A DNA stretch of 64,000 bases from Tubulanus polymorphus (taxonomy: Eukaryota; Animalia; Nemertea), in contig NC_134027.1 in NCBI RefSeq assembly GCF_964204645.1, forward strand, positions 4,744,485 through 4,808,484. Direction: 5' to 3'. The translations under genes and the position numbers were made by a program. Position 1 is the stretch's first letter. The number at the start of each line of letters is the position of its first letter. The notes beneath the pieces are model-generated. The model saw only the letters and a program-made list of their open reading frames with translations, was not told where the DNA came from and did not search any database. Shown here piece after piece: positions 1 through 12,345 of the stretch.

Positions 1-697
1 CATTGTCATGATTTAACAAGTATTTTTGGAGATTCTTGATTCTGATGTATCACACGTAAACATTGTACGTATCGATTGTGCTGGTAATGTGATAGAAAAG
101 GTTAATCCCAGTGCATTGCAGATAAAGCTTATACCTTTTATCTTTATTTTCTAAACGTGGGCCTGTATATCGTTGATTATGATTTCCGGAGTGGCCTATA
201 GAATCGTTATATCGTGGCAAATCTACGTTTTTTGATAATGCTTTATCGCACACGGACTGCACTTTGAAATTGCTTCCTGGTTTTTGATTCCGCTAATAAA
301 CGTATCCGTGTCAACAAAACGGATATTAAATGTACAGAATACGATGAACGTTTCATGTCGCTATGAAAACAGTGTGACAAATTTCATCATCAATCATGAT
401 ATCCATTCCGTAACTTGTTTCACGTGTCCAGTTATACCAGTCTTAAATAGGCAACATGTGTAATTCAATCACGTTTAGGAAATTGTGTCACGAGTCTAAT
501 ATAATACCTGATAGAATAACCAATGTATCTAATTTTTCAACATGATTTAATCTACATTTATTGTGACGGTTTTAGAGAAATAGAAGGACATTGATGTGCG
601 TTGTATCACCAAACACGGATATATCAAATACATACTTAACTTAGATAGTTAACCAAAATATATAGTAAACCAAAATTGATTTACAGGCCTTACGTAC

Positions 698-815
698 CTA
701 ATAACAATAATTTGATATCCTTAGCTGCTTGTTTTCCATCGTCTTGGATTCTTTTCTCTATATCCCTGCTTATCTGTAATGCTTGCCGTTCTTCGGCACT
801 CATAGTACACCCCAT
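698..815 (-). CDS. GNAO1: G protein alpha-o subunit, coding exon 1 (rest of gene lies left of the window)
   Basis: Translates [40 protein letters not shown], with the Gly2/Cys3 lipidation motif and the Galpha-o-type [11 protein letters not shown]. The coding exon is 118 nt and ends at G|GTACGT, the conserved exon-1 length and phase of Gi/o genes. Strong start context gccaaaATGg. Exon 2 (GAGESGKS) was not found in 1-697. Confidence 0.93.
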
Positions 816-1519
816 TTTGGCGGCTTTTCTCAGGCCACCTAATGACATCAACGACGGTTGACGATTGACAATTTCTAACCGCAATAATCCGAACACATTC
901 GTTCAATAAACCGAACTCGCGCAGGATAGCGACCGACTAGTTTCCTCGACGAGGGATTAATAGGAAAGAAGGAACGATAGATGTGTTTAGTGAGAGATCT
1001 GGTATATCCAAAGTCGTACTGTAGCAATGAATGATACGAGCGTTGTGTGTGTGCACAGCCCGACTGGTTAGTCGTGAGGTTGACGCGTTATAATTTCGGT
1101 TTCATCCACCAGATGCAACAATACGGCATTATAGCGAGGCGTTTAATGCGTATAATGCATGATTTTAAATATTCAATGGGTAAAATGATCATTCCCGTTT
1201 CTGACAACAGTTGTCAGATCATCATATGCATCAGAAAATAATCCATTTACATGCTGGCCTACAATATTCCGGCGAATATGATGTTGTATTTAGCGAACTA
1301 AAATTTCATACAATGAAAAAAAAGTATGCTAACAAATTGCGATGATTTCTAAATCTATTGAATTTGTTTCATCAGGTAGCGTACGTCTCTCGCAGTATTG
1401 TCATAAGTCTTTCGTATCTCGTTTGCGACATCGTTGAATTTATCGGTAGAGACTGAGGTATGATGTCGAGCGTGCATGAATTAAGGGGTCGGTGAACATC
1501 TCTCGGCGCTCTTCGCACG

Positions 1520-1570
1520 GGTCATCACGTGATATCTTGACGGCGTCTCACTGGTCATGTGATATGTGAC
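1520..1570. promoter_or_regulatory. E-box cluster (ATCACGTGAT palindrome, GGTCATGTGAT, ATGTGAC) upstream of Galpha-o
   Basis: Three CACGTG/CATGTG-type bHLH-ZIP (USF/MITF-TFEB-like) motifs within 50 bp in a GC-richer patch ~700 bp upstream of the Galpha-o ATG. Function is inferred only. Confidence 0.3.
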
Positions 1571-4512
1571 TTGATTCCTTCATAGAAGGAACTTCGGATC
1601 CTATAGAGGAAACAGCCAACACGTTGTCTAATTATTATTACACATAAAAGTCTCGACGCCGAATCGTTGTGAAGTTGTCCGCATAACATGACCAGGCAGA
1701 CGGATCTTTTTTTCAAAAAGTGAAACTGTTATGTGATGTCTTCGAAAAAAACTGATTTGATATTTTCGAATAAGTTGCAAAAATCGATTTTCATCGCAAC
1801 TCGGCTGCAGTTTTTAACAAACCCCCACCATTCAACAAGTTGATCACGGGTATTACGACATGATTCAGGTCAGTGGCCAATAAACTAATTAAAAGGATGA
1901 TGAAAAAAAATCGCATATGTGAAACTTGCAGCATTGACACTGAACTAATCCCGCGACGAGGAAGAGAATCATGTGAGAGATTCAGTTGTAAAATTATCGA
2001 CAGTCTCCGTCCGCGCTACTGCTAAAGCGGCTGTATGCTTGCGAATTATTGCCTTGACAACGGTTTCACAATCGATATGATGAAAAACCAGTAATTTTAT
2101 ATACATATATATAAATGATTAACCAGCAACAGCTGTTTTCTGGAAATGTATTTCATTTCAACTGTGCCATAACGAGCGTCTGCTATATAAATATAACACA
2201 GCCGATGATCAACAATTTTTCGACCGAGACCCAATCAAAAAGAGTATCTTTCTATCACGATGTATTAGATAATTTAAATGCCAGTTAGATAAGGTAATAA
2301 TAATCTGAAAGAGGAGCAAGCTGTCGTAATAAGCAACTAGCCACGAACGAATAATCCAGCCATTATGGGACTTCCGTTGGTCGACTTAACCAGAATAAAT
2401 CGATGATTGACCGCCCGCTGGGGTGAAGTAAGCCGGTTAATATGAAACCACGATGCAAAGGAAACACTATATACATCAAGGGGAAAACCATAAATAGATT
2501 AAATCAGTATATTAACTTTTATTTTTACAAATTTTCGCACAAAACCTATATATGTACATGTACTGTAATATAATTATGATACAAGCATTTTCAGCAGCTG
2601 CATGTTTCATCCATTTGTGAACGGAGCAAAAATTTTATACAGCTTTACTGTTAGTGATGGGGACCGCCCGCCTTTGCTCTTACATACTTGAAAGAAATGC
2701 TTATAAAGAATTTTCTCTAAGCTAATCTACGACATATAGCACCATTAAATCATTGAGACATTTCGAATCGATATTTACTCATCAAACGGTTCAGTTCTGC
2801 AAAACATTATTTCACGATTAAACCACTCATTACATCTAGATGTCTGACAGAGAGGATCAGCCCATGACGATGAGGAGCATTAGTAAATACTAAATTAAAG
2901 TAAAACTGTTTTCAATCTGAATTTTAGGTTTGTTTTCTTAATTCTGCCTATTGAAGCATAGCCCCGTTCAAGGTAAAATTTGAGAACCAAGTAAAAAAAT
3001 TGCGGTGGCAGAGGCCAGCTGCACATCACCTGAGAATCAAAATTACACCGCATAGCTGCCAAGCTATATATGTATAAAATACAACAATCATACCTATTTA
3101 TAGCTTCAATTGAATTTTCTTCAGCTCAGGAAAAATCGTTTAAGAATTCATCTTTCTCAAAGTATTTCTCATTCTGCGATCAAACGTTATTTAGTCATAT
3201 AAAGCCAGCAAAACGTGGAAATGAACGTCATTCTCAATTACCAGGAACATTTTATATGAAATAATGCGAGAAATCATTTATCTAAAATAAATCTTTAAAA
3301 TAACAGAAATCTCCTTCGATAAAGTATTCAGATAGTAGTGAATAATTCCATACTACCAAGTGACACCGTAATCAAAATAAAGGGTCAGCGCGATATTCAA
3401 GGACAAATAATCATTTACAATCATTAATATCACATCATTCTGTATACACATTATCTATACATGACTAGCATTTTATAATTTCAGTAATTACATTAATAAA
3501 TAGTTAGAAGCAGAAGACACTGTATTCAAATCTCATTTTTGTAACCGAAACAAGCGCTGCGCATTAAATCATCTTCGAACGACATGATTGAGAGAAAAAT
3601 AGTTAAAGACATAAAAGTCAACGAAGAAATCATAGAATTTACAAGACACCTCACGGAGATCTAAAAAAGCCCTTGAAATAAATACGAAGCTAGCCCGGCT
3701 GATTCACACAAAGTACATCTGTTTTGTCGTAAATGCATGAAAGGATGAACGAAGCGACATGCATGGAAAAGCACTGAAAAACATACACGGCACAAAAAAT
3801 GAACCCAATTCCACGGCGGCGACTCATACAGTATAAGTACTGATAATTAAAAAAATGAACTGAATCAACTCAAATGATTATAGTTACATCTTATCACTAC
3901 GGAGCTGGGTTCACATTTCATATGAAAACAAGTCGCAGCTCTTAAAATTTGCAATGTTAATTCAATTGCACAATTGCATATTCGCGCCGTTTGTTGAATG
4001 CAAGTTCAATATCATCATTTATTCACATGGATATCGCGAATAGCAAACAATTTCACTATTTCTTTTTTCTACGCGATTGGATCTCATCGAACAAATCCGA
4101 TCACGTGTTAACACAAAGGACACAAGCTGAATAATGAGATCAGTTTATTCTCTATAAACCGGCAGGAGTTCGTAAAATATACACCATGAAATCCATTGGT
4201 TAGTTATTAATCTATACAGAGAATACACAAATTCATAAAGCGTTTAATACAAAATGCAACTCTATTGCTTATAAATATACACATAAAACATTCTCGACTG
4301 ACCGTCACACGGCAGAAAATACCATAAAAATCCACCCTTTTTCATAGGACAGAAGCGGCTGAACTGTTTCATTAAAAAAAATAATATCATTAAATAAAAC
4401 ATTATATCATGCAGAATGATAAAACCGAATTCGATTTCAGTGCTGCTCTAAACAAAAACTACCGTAATTCAATAAACAAAGAAAAATATTCAAATCATAT
4501 GAACATACATCT

Positions 4513-4620
4513 GGACCCAGTTCCACCGTCCTTGGTTAAGTTCGGCTTTAGAGTGAAAAAGTTCATTTCCGAGGTTTTAACCCTAGTGAAATATTAACCA
4601 ATGACAATGGAACTGGGACC
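4513..4620. mobile_element. MITE-like element, 108 bp, 27-bp imperfect terminal inverted repeats
   Basis: ggacccagttccaccgtccttggttaa (4513-4539) matches the reverse complement of ttaaccaatgacaatggaactgggacc (4594-4620) at 23/27 positions. No coding capacity. Confidence 0.6.
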
Positions 4621-5130
4621 TCGAGGCTTTGATTCTAGACTAGTTAAAGTCCATTTCAGGTTCTGCAGCCAAATCTTACAACTACGTGCAGTTGAGTCAT
4701 GACTGCCCAATTTGGTATCAGGCAAACCAGCCACAAGAATATACAAATTATGTATCTTTGCTTTACTCAACTCCATATCTTTATTGCTTCATTATTATTG
4801 AATAGAACGCATCAAATGCATCCACATAAATCAGCAACAAATTGAAACATTGCTGATAACGAGATTTAATAAGTGCAAAACTGTATATAGCAACCTTATA
4901 AAACCCCAATAAGTAGGGATAATTTCAAGAAGTGAAGAATCATTAGAAAATCTCCGAAAGCATGATTCTATGGAAATATTGTGTAAGAAACCTAGAAAAT
5001 GATTTTCTAACTTGCAACTCTTCTAGCTTGCAATAATCGAAATTATGATTGATGCGGTGTTGTACGCTTGCTGTGATAAAATCCGCTAATACACACACAC
5101 AATTTTCTGGATTTCATACGAAACACAACA

Positions 5131-8100
5131 TCACAAATCAGTTATCTGTTGCTGTTGTGAGTTTGGTTTTGTTAAGCTTCCAGTATATTGATGCTGAGAT
5201 GAGCCGTGCGGCGACGAATGCTGCGGATTATAGTTCTGATACATATGCGTGGGAGGATTTTTTCCGTATGGATTGCCGTACGACGGACTCGGAGCTGGAG
5301 AATTTATCCGCGAACGCATCGGTGACTGCAGCGGAGTCGATGATAGAGACGACGGTGACTGCGGATGTGGATACATTTTCCGCGATTCTATCGGTGTCAT
5401 GACTGGCGTTGAAGGCTGTGAGATTCTTTGTATATGACAGCTATGGCAGAGTAAATGGTTGTCGAGAGGGTAACATCTTTTGTCCGGCTCATCGGTCAGT
5501 TGCATGCCACAGTTCTAGGAATAATACAGTAATCATACATATAATTGCCAAATCAAAAAGTCGAAGTTGCTACAGCGGAATCTCGTTACAACGAACTTCA
5601 GGGAACCAAAAAATATGTTTGTTACAACCAACAGCAAGATCCAGTATGAAATTATGAAAATTGTGCCATTTAGGATCAATTTCTAGGTTGGTTAAATAAC
5701 TGATAAATCGTTATCCGAGGTCGTTATAACCAGGTTCTACTGTAACCTGTAAATGCCAGAGTTAAAGACAAAGCAGGCAACTTTTATCGACACTGACAAC
5801 CATCCGGCAACTCAGATAATGAATCATCAATGCATTTCAGATTATGAAACTTACTTCGCACTGGAAGCAATCGACGTGGAAATCTTTATCCATTGAAACG
5901 ACTCGCACTGTCTCCTCGGTACCCTACAAAATATTGAAAAAGGTGCTGCCATCTTGAGATTTATCCCGTGACTATATTGATAGTTATAGATGACTCGATA
6001 CAAAAACTTACATCAACTGGGGTTATAGCCAGACCACAGGCAGCACATTTTGGTGCATATACCCTGAAAAGATAGCAAAATAAATACGGTATGAGAAAAA
6101 ATGAAAACATTTTATTCCTATATCATAAGCCTACTGGAAGTGTATCAGGTCAGAACAAGAATTGATCATCTTCCAAAATTAGGTTAGATCATATTCAGTC
6201 ATAATAAATTTTTAGTTAATCCTATGCAGAGAATTCAGGTAACAGAAAATCCTTACTAGCGACTCACAATACAAATCGCATTTTTTAGGAGTATCAACAG
6301 TTTATTGATAGATAATTTCAAGTTATTGATGACAGATACATGATATTTCTGTATTAATCCCAAATATCTCCATCTAATAATTTACAGGATAAACAATAGT
6401 TATACAGCAGACAAACACAGGTCTTACTTGTGGTAATCCGTTATACAATAGATCTTATTGCCAACATCGACAGTAAACGGTACACCGTCGAGACAATCGA
6501 AACATACACAGCATCGAAAACAACCGGGATGAAATGATTTACCCATCGCTTGTAATATCTGAAAGCATAATACATATAAATTGAGCACATGCTTTCCAAT
6601 ATCCAGTTCTCACGGGTAAAATCCTGAATATTAATAAACGCGATGTCATGAAGAAATTGTTTACTGGTCTTGTCAAAAACAGGTATATCTAGGTTATCTC
6701 GGTAAAAAAAGGTTTTCATTTCAGGGCTATCCATAGAAAAGAAGAAGTTTTTATCCGATCCCGATAATTTAAAAATAAATTCTCATAGATCACGCATAAT
6801 TGTGTGTCATATTGGTTATGGGTGCGTGTAAATATTTACCGAGAGCGCTTTCAAAGATTTACATATCGCATACCTTTACTTTCTATGTCATTAATACCAC
6901 ACTCATGAATGTTCTACATAATGGCTTTCATGTAATATCGAATTAATAATCTACATCTACATGTATGATTCTGATACCCATCAGCTTTACACACGTTTAT
7001 AATTAGTTCGATGTGGAAGCATGTATTCATCACTTTCTTCAAAATTTCACTATCATATGTCGAACATGCAGTAGGTGGAACAATGAAAGGTGACTTCCAT
7101 TTTTAAAAAATCTTTTTTCCCCTATATTTACCACATACAGTAAGATACATAATATACGTAAGATTAGTCATTTTCATCAGTCTAGCCTATGTGTCAGTAT
7201 CGAGAGATCGACTGAATTGAGGAGCGTCAGAAGATCTATACTGATGTATTGTTCCATAGTGATTACTGAGTAACACAGTACATTATAAACCATCCTTTAG
7301 TCTAACACTCGATCCAAGTTGAACAGGTGCCACATGGAAAATACATCTCAAAAATTCTGTATTCCGTTTATTCAGTGGTTTCATATTATGATACAATACA
7401 AAATCTCTACACTTCCAATATGTTTTATGCAGGAATATAGTAAACCAGAGCTTATTGAAATCGAAAAGAACCACTTGAAATTGAAAAGGTAGAATTTCGT
7501 ACGTAAAGATATCTGAATCAATCAACTGTCATTCTGAACTAACAAATGTGACAAAACACTGAACAGGACATTCTTCTTCTTTCCGGCCAATAATAAAAGA
7601 CTTAAACAAAGATCCTCAAGCTTACATTCCACAACTCAACAGAGCATTACTTCTGTCATCATTTCTGATCTACTAGATACACAGTAACTTCAGGGGCCAG
7701 TCTATAATCAGAAAGACTGAAGACCAGGCTAAGACCATCTTAGTCCTAAAGCCAATCTACTAACTTGAGACCAGTCTTAAGATTAAGATTAAGGACTATT
7801 TTTGGACCAAAAGTCTTGACTAGAACTGACCTCATTACAGTAATATTCGTAAAATTGAATAAGAACTGAACATTTAGAATTGAAGTCCGATTTTAGTTAG
7901 TTTCATCATCACAAGATTTTTACATAAAATATTGCCATGTATCAGGTACGTATATTAATTGGTACATCATATATTGCATTCTGATGTAGTGAGAGGAACC
8001 GTTCATTGGAATAAAACAGTACTGCAACCATACTCGTTTCAGAAAGACCTGTCAAGTCTTTCTATTTTCTGTAAATCTTTAATGTGTCTGAATGCCATTG

Positions 8101-11100
8101 GATATCTCGCGCATGACTCAATATCACTCTGATTATCGATTAAAAAAAAATCAAAATACATGTACGTTCACTATACCAAAACATTGAACATATCAACGAC
8201 TATGAAATGTTTCTTTGGATATTGCACATAAATAACTTATCGAATCTCTTCCACTGAACCAAGAAAGGAAGGAACAAAACCGATAGTCGGTTTTGTAAAG
8301 AAGCTACTTCCTCGGGTCACAAGAGGAAATATTCTATGCAGCAGAGGAATTATTTCGTGGACAGATGTTACAGTAAACCCCTGTGGTTTAGAGAGGATTT
8401 TTATGAAGCAGTTATTTTGTTATTTCTTGTGGTAACCCGCTATCAATGAGTCATCTACCAGCATTATGCTACACCGTGCCCAACCACCATCAGCTGCAAT
8501 AGCTGCCGTTTTTCTCACAAAACTTCCAGAAATAATGTTTGTCTTGGCGATATAGTCTCCATATATAGGACAATGAATTGGGTTCTAAAGTGTTACGAAA
8601 AACTGTTAGGATACCGGGTAAGACTCGACACAGGTATAGAAACCATTTACTAACCATTTCCATAATGAGATGACCGCATACAGCGCATTTTTCAGCGGTT
8701 TGCTGGAACCCAGAATACTGGAAAAATATCAAGAGAAAAAAAAACACTTCGTTACTTCATGTTTGATACAAAAAAGTAATTAACTAAGGATTTGGAACCC
8801 AAATGTAAAGATATTATTGTAGGATTTTACTGGATAGGTCTTTAAGCTTTTTTTTCAAAATTAAGACATATCAGTATTCACAATATAATATTTGAGATAA
8901 TTCCAACATACTGAACATTTTTTCAAATGCGATCGATACAGAGAATATTCTAAAGAGACCATCTGATCTGCAATACACATATATATTACTCACTAAATAA
9001 TCCTCTTCGCAATACACTCGACCTTGAACGTTATAAAATGCTTTGCCGCGTAACGTTCGTCCTGAAAATAGAAAAATATCAATTACTGCCTATAACCGCG
9101 AGATAATGAATCGTTGCACAAGTTGTCTTTGTCCACCTGCATTATCCAAAAGCAGCTGCTTTAGAGGCTAATCTCGCTAAACTTACCACAAGAGCAGCAT
9201 ACAAAACAACTTGTATGATATAGATTTCCCATAGCTTGACACGCTTCATTAGTTCCGGTAACTTTTTCACCGCAAGTAAAACATTGGCCTGAAAAAAAAA
9301 ATGAAATGTCAGGGATGCGGAGGGAGTCGGAGGGGAAAGATATTTGATCATCAGCAATTCTCCAGTCACAAAGCATTAATTCTATCTTGAAGCAATAGGT
9401 CTATTATCTACTGCAGATGTATAAAACCTCTTGTTTATCTCCCAACTACTTTCTAAACTTTTATCATCGAGATAGATGTATGTACATGTTTTGATAGGAA
9501 TCGTTTAAAAATCAAGCCCGAGCCCATGTATAAATACGGGTGTTTCACACATATGTACTCATAATAGGCATACCAAAGTTTGAAATAATTGACATAGTTG
9601 ACCTTGTTTGACCAAATTCCAGATAGATTATTTCCAAACAAGACACAAGACACGGGCTTGCTAAATACACAATGCAAGCATGACTGACGAACAGGTATTG
9701 TGCAGCTTTTGTTAGAAATGTTGTAAATGCAAAGTTGGATTTCATTCAATTTGGAGTGAAAGAATATGCCGCAACAGTTCCCTATACATGACTCACACCG
9801 AGACACTATGGAAAGTACTTCTTTTCAAAAAAATAACTTATAACTTCTATTAGCAAAATATGACATTCAAATTAAACGCCCAGTCATGATAAAAAAACCT
9901 CTGGTCCTTGAAACACAACTGGAACCCGGATCAATCGGAATTTCTTATCAAGACTAATATCGAAGTTTTGTTGAACTAAGTCTTCCGAGTCTCAGCCAGT
10001 ATAAACAGATGATGTAATTAAATCAAGAAATAAACGTGACTCATGCTACTGTAAAGAAATGTCTCGCGTGTCATGACTGACAACTTAAAAATGTTCCCAC
10101 TCCAAATAAAAACTATTCCAGTGCCGAGTGAGGGCTACATATATATTCATAATAAACATGTAGCTCATACCTGTTTAGCCTATACTTTTTTAGCCTATAC
10201 TAATTTAGCCTATACTATACTTTACCATACCTATCATGGACCCTTTAGCAAAGCCTAATTCAGCTCAATGTGACCAAGGCTTTAGAAAGAAGATTGATGT
10301 AGCCTAAAGAGCTACCTGTTACACAAGCAAGTTTTATCATGTATATAACTGACTGGCTGAATAGGGTAGAACCTTGTTGACAAATATTTACACCGTTATC
10401 TAAGTACCGCGCTTATCTCATCTGTACTGTCTAGTACAGTTGAAAATAGGCAACCCACTAACTGCTATCATTGAAGTACCGACGAGGTTCGCATCGGTTT
10501 CGCATACTGCTCAGCATCCTAAAACTGAAACAGTCATTTCAAAGACTTTTCACACATAAAATATCAAAAAGACTCCTTACCAAAATAATCTCCTTGTGGG
10601 TTTCTTTCCATTTCATCTTCCAGTTCTTTTGTTAGCGCATCTAGTTTCTTCTCAGCCTCAGTAATTCCACCTCTGGGTGGAACAGGGGACATCACCAATG
10701 GTAATATATTCTTTTGAGTTTGATACTGACATCCAGGCTGGCTCATAGTCGTACAGGTAGACGGTGCCTGACACAGTTGAGGCTGTGCTATACATGTATT
10801 CGCTACATTTAGCTGAGGAAGAACTGGACTAGGTTCAGTATTATGTGGTCCGTGATATGGTGGCGGAGGTTCTAACGGTACATTCTGCTCGTCCGATGGT
10901 TTTTTACCCGGCGGAGTGCTCGATATTTTCATTTCACTCTCTAACTGCGCCGTCAAGGCCGCCAATTTCTTTTCTGCTTCGCTCGGCCCGGCAACCCGCG
11001 GCGGTACAGTCTCGTAATGCAACGGTAATTTGTACGAGCCGACATTACTCATCATTTGAACCGGATTCTGAACACTGCCATTTTGATGTCTTTGCGGTAA

Positions 11101-12345
11101 TAATCCCGACGGATTTTGTTGAAGCAACCCAACGGGAACCGGAGAACTGGATGTGCTTCCAGTCGACGGGCTATAACTAGAATAATTACTAAATGGAACG
11201 TCGCTATTGACCTGAGAGGATGGAGGCCTCACTTGCACCGGTACTTTCTGTCCTGTTTGTAGTATTTGTATATTACGATGACGGGCATCGTACGGAGGAG
11301 GGGGAGGCATGTGGTCCATATAATTACCGGCTGCGTTGTTCCCGTACAGAGCCATCTCGTAACCCGACGAAACGCTAGAACGCTGACTAGGAGGATAACG
11401 TTCTTGAAGGGGATTGATTAGACTCGTACGCGGACTCATGAACCGATCGTACGCCGGGTTATTCAACGCTAGACTACTACGAGGACTCGAATGTTTCGAA
11501 TCGATCGACGCGCCGCTGATACTCGACCTCGGACTAGCCCCGAGACTAGATCGCGGACTAGCGACGCGCATGTTTTCGTAAGGTAGAGACGTATTCGTGA
11601 TGCTGCTACGTGGACTGCAATTTTTCGAATCATATCCACCCGAATTCATCAACGGAATATTAACATACGGATACGGGGGAGGTGGTAACGATTTGTTATA
11701 ATTATCTCCGGCTATGACAGTGACAGGCGTGCCGATATTACCCGCACTGTGGTTACTACTCGTCACAGAGGAAGCATTCACGACGTGCTGCTTAGATTTT
11801 GAAGAATGGTCACTTTTATCCGAATCGGTGGCGTTTACTTTAATCGGAATCTGACGACAAGGTGAATTTCTAATCTCCATGTTTTTACCGCCGACTACGC
11901 CGATAACTTTCACTGGTTTCCCGCCGGTTGCGCTTGGACTACTATTACTACTGTTTAACTTATTCTTTTCAGCTCCAGATCCAGCACTTGACAGCAACAA
12001 TTCATCGACGAGACGCTGATCCTTACTTAAATAGCCCGGATTATAAACTGTCTTTGGAGTATAACGCTGTTCCCGTAGCTGTTTTAACTGCATCTGCTCC
12101 AGAAATAAATCCCGTTTGTCTGACATATCTTTACTGCTGTCATCATCAACATCGTTGACTTTTTTGTTGATGCCACCACCAGCAGTACCAGCAGCAGCAG
12201 CAGCAGTATCGTTACTACTGCAGTGACTGTCGACTGGAGACTGTGGGTTTGGCCACTGTTTCTGAGGTGTTGGCCCTTGAAATAAACTCAAATCTTCATT
12301 AAACCTATTAAGGCCCGAGTGGACATCGTCGTCGAACTCATTCAT
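5131..12345 (-). CDS. WTIP: Ajuba/LIMD1/WTIP-family triple-LIM protein (WTIP-like), 8 coding exons
   Basis: Exons 12345-10581, 9288-9187, 9061-8994, 8717-8655, 6558-6428, 6063-6012, 5923-5855 and 5514-5131 join in consistent phase. They give a Pro/Ser-rich preLIM region followed by [14 protein letters not shown]...[74 protein letters not shown]...YAPKCAACG...[45 protein letters not shown], which are family-diagnostic LIM1-3. The protein ends in QITDL. Confidence 0.93.
5573..5742. mobile_element. Tc1/mariner (pogo/Tigger-type) MITE with TA target-site duplication, in last intron of the LIM gene
   Basis: TA|cagcggaatctcgttacaacga ... tcgttataaccaggttctactg|TA: 22-bp TIRs with 17/22 identity, CAG...CTG ends flanked by TA. 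Confidence 0.65.
7693..7833. mobile_element. Degenerate MITE-like element, possibly related to the 4513-4620 element
   Basis: Ends ggggccagtcta.../...tagaactgacctc are degenerate inverted repeats. The interior is rich in short aagac/gtctt/taag repeats. Confidence 0.35.
10160..10232. repeat. 15-bp minisatellite (TTAGCCTATACTNNN, ~4-5 copies)
   Basis: ttagcctatactttt, ttagcctatactaat, ttagcctatactata plus degenerate flanking units in intron 1 of the LIM gene. Confidence 0.75.

Noticed and set aside
5049-5437. Plus-strand ORFs (117 aa, 62 aa) opposite the LIM gene last exon
   Set aside because: Antisense shadows of a GC-richer coding exon; no recognisable domain or independent splice signals.
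8031-8071. Minus-strand hammerhead-like layout (CAGAAAAT - perfect 8-bp stem - GAAACGAGTA)
   Set aside because: Two substitutions in the essential CUGANGA box and no stem I; at best a dead relic, possibly a chance hairpin.
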